Below, in pieces: positions 53,471-64,000 of a stretch of DNA of 64,000 nucleotides (positions within the stretch are counted from its first letter, which is position 1; the number at the start of each line of letters is the position of its first letter). Both the position numbers and the translations under genes were made by a program. This stretch comes from Octopus sinensis. Its lineage: Eukaryota. Under the pieces are notes generated by a model. That model saw only the letters and a list, made by a program, of their open reading frames with translations, was not told the DNA's origin and searched no databases. The stretch is taken from contig NC_043003.1 in assembly GCF_006345805.1 (NCBI RefSeq), positions 112,282,001 through 112,346,000 on the forward strand, given 5' to 3'.

Positions 53471-54241
53471 TAAGAATATTCAAATATTAAACATCCCAAT
53501 GAAAATAATTATAAGTCCAGGGTTGGACAAAATAACGTAAACAGCGCATTTGATTTATAGCTATGTTTTCTAATACCAATATGTCAAATTCAGGACTTGT
53601 CTAGTCTCTGTATGTGTTCTTATGCACATTTCAGGGCCTATTTTTTCCCTCTGCAGATATTTATATTTAAGAAAAATAAAATGAATAACCCATGTGATTT
53701 CCAAAGTAGACAAATTGATGCAGTACGAATGTTTGGAGTCTGAGTCACTAAAACTGCTTAATTACTTAATGTTTCGAGAAGCACACTGTCTAAATTCAAT
53801 TCGAAACTCAAAAACTAATGTAAAACTAAAGTTGAGAAGCATAATACTTGATGAAGGGCAAAGATCAGACAGAGGGACCACAAAATAGTGAAGGCGTAGT
53901 TCTAAACCCATTGATCTACAACGGCGCAAGGGACAACCAACAGAACAAAACTATCACAGTGCCAGCAATCTGTCCTCACCATGAGGTTTTCCTCATTCCA
54001 GTTGTGTGTGTGTATTAGTGTGTGTGTGTTTGTGTTTGTCCTCCACCATAGCCTCACATCGGATGTTAGTGTGTTTACATCCCCATAACTTAGCAGTTCA
54101 GCAAAAGAGACCGATGGAATAAGGACTAGGTTTACAAAGAATAAGTCTTGAGGATGATTTATTCGACTAAAAAACCCTTAAAGGCACTGTTCCAGCATGG
54201 CTGCAGTTCAATGACCGAAACAAGTAAAAGAATAAAAGAGT

Positions 54242-54330
<89 letters not shown>

Positions 54331-54639
54331 ATTTGCATATGTGTGGTAGTCTAAAATTACGAAAATCTCGGAAGCAATTTTGAAGAAATTACATTGAATT
54401 AAATTATATTATTCAGAGACACGTTTTGTTATACACACAAACAGAAATTAAAAGTTTCGGAACAAACTTACTGGGTAAGTATTATAGCCTTTCAAAAATA
54501 TGAGATAAACAAGTTAATTAACTGATATCTTTATATAATTATTCATAACAGAAAAAAAATAAAAATACGAAAAAAAAAAAATAAATCTATTTCAAAATTC
54601 TGCATTTTCTTTTGCAAACATGTTAACTGTGAAACCAGC

Positions 54640-54814
54640 AAATACGGCGTTTAAACTAGAGGAGTCTCTCAAATCCCCAAACCCTGAAACAGTCGGTGTC
54701 TTGCACAGATTGAATTTATTGGAAATATCTGCATATTTCAGAATTGAGGCCAAAGCTGGTATGAGGAAAGTTCACATTTTGAAAATTGTTTTAAATCACT
54801 TAGTTGAGGAGTGA
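54640..54814 (+). pseudogene. Possible Gypsy-type gag N-terminal fragment
   Basis: AFKLEESLKSPNPETVGVLHRLNLLEISAYFRIEAKAGMRKVHILKIVLNHLVEE resembles the F..P...L..LL.IA....MRK..I..HLV.E start of some Gypsy gags; isolated, no LTR seen. Confidence 0.4.
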
Positions 54815-55184
54815 GTGTTCGTACTTCCCTTATATGTGTTCGGAGAGAATCTTGGTATATGCCAAAACCATTACGAACATTATTCAACTGATTTTTTATC
54901 GAGATCTTGTGATCTATAATCGTGAAACAAGCAATTCTGTCCCCTTACTGTGTTAATTATCTCACCCGATACCAGTTGCCTTTATACTTTTATTCTATTA
55001 TATAAGTACCGGATATATTGAAATACTTCCTACACACCAATCCTCCTTTCTGTATTTGCTGCCAATGACATCGACACCTTCTTAGTTACAGTTGAAGTTG
55101 GAGCTTATGTAGCATGTCAAACAGAGCACTAAATGTATATACTTGTCACCTTAAATTAATACACGTTATATTATGTGAGTTAGA

Positions 55185-55470
<286 letters not shown>

Positions 55471-55869
55471 TATTATATGTGTATTTACATGTAAAATATA
55501 TACATATTGTACACACACACTCATACATGAAGAGAGAAGGAAAGAGAAGTAGAGAGCGTTAAAGAGATGAGAGAAGCTGACGTATAAACACACATATCTA
55601 AGTTAAAGCAGGAAAATGAGTAAAATGAAAAATAAAATTCCAGACTTTTATCTCAGAAAAATTACATTAATATATAAAATGAAAGAAGAGTAATTGAAAA
55701 AGTAGAAATATTGCAGGAAATATATATGAAATATATTTTAAGTATATTAGATCAAGAACAGATAACCATAATATAAGAAAGATGGAAATCATATGATACA
55801 TATTCAGTGGTGTAGTGGATTATAATGTAAAATATGTGCTAGAAAAAAAAAAAGTTGCAATTTCAAATC

Positions 55870-57227
55870 TACCAGTTCGCTATGCATAAATTATTTCAGC
55901 GTTTTGAACCACATCGTTAACATTTAAATGGTTATATAGAACACTATACAAGTGTTTGTGTCAAACAGAATTGCAACGGAAAATAGACAGAGGATTATTT
56001 CGCGGAAACACAATGTATATGGATTATTTTTTATCAGGTTATCTCATAAGTAATGTCGTTTTTGAGACCGTATTTGTTGAAACATGCTCTCTAATACGTT
56101 TAAATAAGATTGTTTTCACGGGTGCATTTCCAGTCTAACTTGCAGTCACATAGATAATGATGTGATTTAATAGTCTCTCATGAAAATAGAGGTCACAGAG
56201 GACCACATTAGACATTTCATGCTCTACGAGTATAAAAAAGAGCAACAATGCAACAAATGCTGTAAAAAATGTGTAAGAAGTGTGTGATGAAAATGTTTTG
56301 AATATTCGCAAGGGATAACGATGGTTCCATAAATTTTGACATGGGGAATTTAGCTTGAAAGAGGCCCGCCTCTCTGGGCACCCTGGCTCTTTTGATAATG
56401 ATGAGTTGAAAGCCGCTACTGAAAGATATCAATATGCAACAGTTAAAGAGCAAGCAGTTAAAGAGCAACAATTGTCCATTACCATTTACCAGAACTTGTT
56501 GGAATGGTGTCCACTCTTGACAAGTAGGTTGTACATGAACTGAGTGATCAAGTCAATATCTGCACGTGAGAACAATCTTCATATTTACATTATCTGGCAA
56601 CCGGTGGTGAAGAGTGGATTACTTATAAGAATGTTAATAGAAACAAGCAAGACCCCATGCAAAACAAGATCCTTATCCTTGGAAAGTTTTATTAAGCGTC
56701 TGGTGGGACGTTTTTGGTGTAATACACCTTGAAACCGTGCCACCAATCCAGACAATTACTGCTTTCAAGTGCACTGTGAGAGACTTAATGAAACACTTCC
56801 AGAAAAGAAGGTGCTCTCTAGTCAATCGAAAGGATGTCATTTTCCCTTATGACATGTCAGACTTCATAGAGGAAGAATCATATGTGCCAAGATTACAGAG
56901 TGAGGTTGGCAAAGGCTTCCACATCCAGCGTATTCTCCTGACCGTGTTCCTTCGAATAATCCGTTATTGTGAAGCCTCCAAAATATTATTGATGGAAAAG
57001 AATACTGTTCCTTAAAAGCACTTGAAACAGACCTTCAAGAGTGTTTTTCTCTTCTACGTCAACTGATTTCTATAGGAATGGCACCAAAACCCTTTTACAG
57101 TGTTGGAAAAATGTTATTGATTCAAATGGTTAATATATAGTAGATTAAATTAGTACCTTACTAGCTTTTTGCTATTTCTTCAAAGTCTACTACAAAAAAC
57201 TATATATCTTAACGGATGAACCGATAC
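55870..57227 (+). mobile_element. Old mariner remnant (second family)
   Basis: HIRHFMLYEYKKSNNATNAVKNV...RWFHKF...SGHP near 56200-56390 and WKNVIDSNG*YIVD* near 57105-57148; many stops and indels; outer limits approximate. Confidence 0.7.
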
Positions 57228-57956
57228 AATATAAGATAAAGATGTGACGTGAGACTTCATGATGCAACCTGTTTACATAAGCTACGTAAGTCCTAGTTCT
57301 GTTAAGGAAGCCATTTTCTAATACTTCATATATCGAACAAACTTCCTAATATAGATTTGCTTTATACTTAGCCATAGTAGGAAGCAATTACACATTTACA
57401 TATACCAAATGCAAGGAGACGTGCACATGCACAATGATAGAAAGATAGAAACAAAGGTAGATATGCATGGTATGAATTATCTGGAGGCTAGCATTTCATA
57501 TATTACACAAACTTACTTCATTCTTAGGATATACTCGGCGTGTAAAATATAACATGGCATAAATAATCTGTTCATGAAAGTAACATTTGTAAGAATGTAG
57601 TAAATACACCGAGGAGAACACTCCCACTCATCTTTTTCGAGTACATATGAGTAATGTTTTGCATATGAAGAGAAAGGAATGCCAGGTTTAAAAAAATGAT
57701 TTCATATCTGAATACGGATGCACCCTGCGTAATATATAAGAAAACATGTAGCTTTAAACAGCGGTTCTATGTTGTGTTTTTAATATATACCTCACTACAC
57801 AAATATACGTATGAATATCAATATGCGTGAATATAAAGAAGATAGGTAGATAGATAGATCGATAGATAGATACACAGATGAATAGATAGATAGATATACA
57901 CTTAAGTAAATACATGTGCACATGTATATACATACGTGTGTATGTATATATCTCTC

Positions 57957-58102
57957 TTATCCGCTCAGTCGAAGTCGACTCTTGGTTACTCGTTGGATCA
58001 GTGCCCTCCAGTCAGCTCTATCCTGGGCCGCTTCTTTCAGATTGGCTATGTCCATTCCGGTATCTCTCTTGATGGTGTCAAGCCAGCGGGTTCTTGGTCC
58101 CC
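57957..58102 (-). pseudogene. RTE/BovB-like LINE extreme 3' fragment
   Basis: GGPRTRWLDTIKRDTGMDIANLKEAAQDRADWRALIQRVTKSRLRLSG*. Confidence 0.8.
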
Positions 58103-58245
58103 CTCCAAAGCCCAACCGTTCTCCTCACCGTGGTGCTGGGTGTCGCAACGACATATGGTAGGTATGCTGGCTAAACTGCTCTGGCCTGGGGAAAGACCTG
58201 GCCACCTACCCCAGTATCCTGGCCAATATACTCTATGGATCAAAA

Positions 58246-58249
<4 letters not shown>

Positions 58250-58307
<58 letters not shown>

Positions 58308-58701
58308 CATATACACACATACAATATATGCCATTAAATACACAAGGACACACATACACACAGAGAAATATACATACACATATGTATAAAAACAGCACAT
58401 GCATATGTATACACGCTGTATACAGCACACGCATATGTTTGCAGATAGATATGTGGGTGGGTGTGCGCGCGCGCGCGTGTGTACATATACAACATAGATG
58501 ATAAGCAGAGACGGAGACAGATCATAGTTTGATTAGAATATCGTAGATCGCTAGAAAGATACGGACACACCTACACATGCACAATCACAAACGCAAACAC
58601 ATTGACATATATATATATATATATATATATATACGTTTGTATAGTATGTGTATGTGCAGATATATGTGTATATACACACACACACGCACATATATATATA
58701 T

Positions 58702-58763
<62 letters not shown>

Positions 58764-58764
58764 C

Positions 58765-58832
<68 letters not shown>

Positions 58833-59471
58833 ATATATACACACACATACATGTATATATGTACATGTAGTAACATCAGTCTGTTTGTGCATGTGTGTAT
58901 GTGTTGCATGTGAGTGTGTATGTGTGTGTGCAAATATGATATATAGGAAAATAACTAAAATCATTAGATCATACAGTGGAAATATAAAATATAAAATTGA
59001 ATATTAGAACAGTTGATACAACGAGTTTAAAAAAATTAAGTTCATATACTACATAATAAATCTGATACATTAAAATATACATAAAAAAATTATATATAAA
59101 ATTTTTTAAAATATCCAGTCAATTTGCAGAATCGGGACATAAGTAGTATTTCTAATTTGATATCACTGTAATTATAGAGAAGGTTATCATAGACCTATGC
59201 TTCTGATCATTACTCTTTAATATTCCTGCCGCATGATCTAACGACGGCATTTCTTACATTATTTTTGTTACAGATATTTTTATGCGAACATGTTACGCGT
59301 AAGAAAAAGACTAATTGGCCCCAGTTGTGTTATAAGCATAGCTTTTCTTGCATGCCATGACACACACTCACACACATACACACAGGCATATATACATATA
59401 TACATATATATTATATATATATATATATATATGTATATTATATATATGTATATATATATATATATATATCT

Positions 59472-59506
<35 letters not shown>

Positions 59507-60239
59507 GTATATATATATTGTGTGTATATATGCATGTGTGTCTGTGTGTGTCTCTGTTTGTCTGTGTGCGTGTGTGTGTGTGCGGTTGCAAAACATGCAA
59601 AAGAAACATGATGACAGTTGAAAGAGTATCGAACAGCGTATATTAGTTTAATGCTCAGGAACAATGGAAGAAAATCTGTAAAACAAAATGCGTACGGAAG
59701 GTCACAAGTATGTGTGTGTTTGTGTATTTGGTTTTTGTGTGTATATGTATATGTGTATGTACAAATGTATGCATATATGTATTATGTCATATTTAAGAGA
59801 TTGGAAAACGTTCTTGGAGATGAAATATCAAATTTGATTTTGGTGCTACATATTCCCACACATCGTGGAAAAAGCACACCACACCAACTCACACGTATAT
59901 ATATATATTATATATAATATATATATTTAAATATTACATACATACATGTATATTATAAATATATATCATTATATATATATATATATATATATTATATATT
60001 TAAATATATACATACATATATGTATATATATAATATATATATATATATATAGTTAAATATATACATACATACATGTATATATATAATATATATATAATAT
60101 ATATATATTATATATATATATATATTATATATATTATATATTTAAATATATACATACATACAGTAATATATATAATATATATATATATATATTATTTAAA
60201 TATATACATACATACATGTATATATATATATATATATAT

Positions 60240-60273
<34 letters not shown>

Positions 60274-60305
60274 TTAAATATATACATACATACTGTATAT
60301 ATATA
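58250..60305. repeat. Region dominated by (TA)n/(CA)n low-complexity arrays
   Basis: Directly visible, interrupted by short unique stretches; source of the YIYI ORFs. Confidence 0.85.
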
Positions 60306-60319
60306 AATACACACACATC

Positions 60320-60606
60320 TGTTGGGTTACCAACCTTGTCTCCACTCTTTTGCCTTTAAAACCCACTTTGCTCTTGTTATCGTCAACATCCGCCTTTCAC
60401 CATGTGCAACTCGTAAACACCAGTCGTCTTTTTCTCTTTCCCTGTTGCCCGCTCTGGGATCTTTCTTTCCTCTCTCTTCCTTCTTTATTTTTCGACGAAG
60501 AGCTCCGCTCGAAACGTCATACCTCCCTGCTTCCATCTCCTGAGCGCCTTTAATAATAATACTGTAATTGTTCCTGTTGTTGTTGTTTTTTGTTTCCCTT
60601 TTGGAT

Positions 60607-60612
<6 letters not shown>
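60320..60612 (+). mobile_element. Short TA-flanked element with degenerate hammerhead-like motif (probable PLE tail)
   Basis: 60492-60518 TCGACGA-A-GAGC-tcc-GCTC-GAAA-CG-TC; pyrimidine-rich leader, downstream CCTGAGCG..TAATA and T-rich tail parallel the element at 14499-14676. Confidence 0.5.
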
Positions 60613-60698
<86 letters not shown>

Positions 60699-61310
60699 GT
60701 ATATGTATGTATGTATATATAACTAAATAAGTTGGAGTCAGCAAGAATGTATAGTTGGACATCTATTTGTAATCACTACAATTGTTTCCACGCAACGTGG
60801 TGCTCTTATTCAATTATCTATTCACACACTACAGAATCCCCAACGCAAATCTGGCAGTACTACTCCTGGAGAACTCCAGGGGAAATCTGAAGGCGGATCA
60901 GCTTCATACTGTGCTCTACTATGTTCTGAACAGAAATATAAAATAGCGGTAATTCCTTACAAAATAGTCGTTCACGCCCGCACATATGCACATTGCATTC
61001 CAGACACAGCTTTAAATCTCTATGACTCCATTACGGCATGTAATCTTACGTGAGAAAAAAAGCTACCTTCTTCAAATATGCAATGGATTAAAAAACCTGG
61101 AATATTCAACAGTTCACTGAAATTTTATTCTAAAGGAATATTGTATGTTAATATATTAATGTATATATATTAAATGTTAGGTATGGATATGTGTATAAAT
61201 ATATACATGAATATATAAACTTACATAAAATTAGAGATATAAGCATGTGAATATATATATATACACACACACATGTATATATGTGTGTATGTATGCATGT
61301 ATGTATAACG

Positions 61311-61345
<35 letters not shown>

Positions 61346-61708
61346 ATTATTCCTTCACTCGTTTCAGTCAATAGGCTGTGGCTATTGGGGGTATATAAAC
61401 ATCATAAATATACATATATATATATGTATATATATATATAATAATATTAGGAAATAAATCCAAACTTACAGGGAAAAATTAGATTTAGGATTAAATCCAA
61501 TTTTATAGTATAAATATATTATATTATATTATATTATATTGATTTGCCTAATAGTGGTTATATCTCTAATTTAATATAATATATATATATATATTATATA
61601 TATATATATATTATATATATATATTATATATATATGATTCACAATCAAGATGCAGAAATGGCGTATTGTAATCCCATGTTGAAAAGAATTCCGGGAATTA
61701 GGTACTCC

Positions 61709-61814
<106 letters not shown>

Positions 61815-62079
61815 CCTTTTAATCATCCCTTAGTTTTCATTACGTTGAGGATAGCTAGAGTATCGCTATGACGAATTTTAAGGCGAACTAATCACGCCCA
61901 GTGTCTCTTTTCAATCCGGTTCTTATTCTACCGATACTTTTGCCGAAACGCTAAGCTACGGAGTCCTAAACAAGCCAACACCAGTTGGCACTCACAAACA
62001 CATTCCTACACAAACGCGCGCACACACGCACACACACATACACACATGTATATGTGTATATATACATGCATGTCTTAAA

Positions 62080-62124
<45 letters not shown>

Positions 62125-62199
62125 CATACATACATACATACATACGTACATACATACATACATACATACATACATACATGCATACATGCATACATACAT

Positions 62200-63000
62200 A
62201 CGAAGGGGTACCCAAAGTACCCAGAAACATTCTCTGTGGGACAAGCCCATTGTGGTCCAGGATTCCGCCGCTAGAAGCCACTTGATGCAACCGTTAGACA
62301 TTAGTCTGCCGACATGCGTTGTTGAGTGCAGTCATACAGTCACGTGGTGCGTCTTTGCTTTGTAGTGCTTCACCGCTGATCGTCGTGCTTCTGTGAAATT
62401 CTCTTTTCTGTTGTGGAAAACGACGGCCGGAACAGTTGGCATGAATCAAAACAGCTTACTAGGCCACTGAAATGAGCAAAACACAAGGTTACGAATGCTT
62501 TTCACGCTTTAGGAATGGTCCTTTGTCGCTTGAAGACCAACCGCGTTAAAGCGACCGCCAACCTCCCGAGCGAATGAAATTATCATGAAAATTAATGAAC
62601 TGATCGTAGAGGACCGACAATTGAGGAAAATATTGATATGATTGGTGTTCTTGACCTCCTGCGAACAGGTTTTGTGTGAGGAATTGTAAAAGAGTTGCAG
62701 CAAAATTTGTGCCTCGCTTGTTCACGGAAGATCAAAAGCAGTTACGACTGAATGCGTGTCGTGAACTGAAAGAACAGTTGGATGTTGATCAGGATCTTTT
62801 TCCCAATGTCACCACTGGTGATGAAATTTGATGCTACGGAATTTGCGGATGTAGAAGTGAAGAAAAAAATCGACGCAGGCGTTAAAAAGTATCACATCGA
62901 ACAGTGGAAAACGTATGGAGAATACATATTGTGGAGGCGATAAAAGTGTAAAGCTAAGTGAATGAAGTAACATTGCAAAATTCCGATTTCATTTGGGTAA
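62200..63000 (+). mobile_element. Internally deleted mariner remnant (third family)
   Basis: Left end TA-CGAAGGGGTACCCAAA, decayed right end ...TTTGGGTAA; translated remnants ASVKFSFLLWKT, FVPRLFTEDQK, TGDEI*CYG. Confidence 0.7.
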
Positions 63001-63051
63001 ACAGATAGACAGACAGATAGAACATGCAGACAAACAGAAAGACAGGCGGGT

Positions 63052-63093
<42 letters not shown>

Positions 63094-63127
63094 ACAGACA
63101 GACAGACAGATAGACAGATAGATAGAC

Positions 63128-63195
<68 letters not shown>

Positions 63196-63767
63196 GGAAG
63201 TAGTTAGATCCTCAAATGCATTCAGCCTGAAACTCTGTTGTCAGTTCAGAACAGTTACTGTACAATTATATTTCTCATTTTCTGCTGTTACTCTGATTTT
63301 CAAAAACACATCTTTTTATGCTCCGTAACCAATATTATGCCCTGCCGCACAAAACAAAAATAGATTTTCTTTTGGTTTGGTTTATTTTTAACTTAATTAC
63401 AGTTTTCGTATTTCTCATTCGTTAGTTCGTTAATCAAATATAAAGGAAAGAGATACGTTCCTATTTAACTCCTATAACAAATTCAATTCAACGGCTATAA
63501 CTTTTGACCTAAAATATATTTTTGCATTAATAAATAATGATTTTGTTAATTTTTATTCATTAATTATTTGAATACCGCTGATTGCTAGCATCTGCAATCA
63601 TATTCGCTAATTTAGATTTTATGTAATCATAGACGTCAGAGCCATTTTCCATACTTCGACAATTTTATTAGCGTTCAAGCTGAATATGGATAGAAATTAC
63701 AATTGATAGAAATGAAATATAATAACGTTCTATAATAGTTCGATTGTTTTTGCTAAAATTATTTAGT

Positions 63768-63970
63768 AAAGCGGTGAGCTGCCAGTATATTAACGATTCA
63801 GGCAAAATGCTTTCCGGTATTTCTTGCGGCTGTACGTTCTCAATTCAAATTCCACTGAGGATGTATTTCATTCTTTGGTGTCGGTATAAGTTATAGTTCA
63901 GTACTTGAGCCCACGTAATCGGCTAGCTTCTTCCCCAAAATTTCAGGAATTTTGCCTATAGTAGAAGGAA
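63768..63970 (+). mobile_element. SINE family A, diverged monomer with alternative tail
   Basis: GCGGTGAGCTGCCAG...GGTATTTC...TTCAAATTCC...CCCCAAAATTTC...TGCCTATAGTAGAAGG. Confidence 0.65.
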
Positions 63971-64000
63971 TTATTTAATAGTTCGGCATGCTGAGAGTAC

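Overview
AT-rich, microsatellite-laden metazoan DNA. The repeat families resemble those I associate with octopus/cephalopod genomes; that assignment is inference. I found no supportable host gene, rRNA, true tRNA or CRISPR array, and most listed ORFs are microsatellite artefacts. The window is a transposon landscape. It holds a full-length 6.8-kb Helitron (37204-44044, minus) with a frameshifted Rep/PIF1 ORF and an N-terminal 147-bp coding tandem repeat. It also holds several Penelope-like elements (one with an inverted pseudo-LTR), short TA-flanked elements with minimal hammerhead-like motifs, and an L1/Tx1-like 3' fragment inside a (GATA)n array. Smaller remnants include three mariners, Chapaev3-, Hero-, RTE-, CR1- and Gypsy-like fragments, MITE-like inverted repeats, and three tRNA-headed SINE families, one forming modular multimers. 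All family assignments come from motif recognition by eye, not database searches, and some boundaries are approximate.
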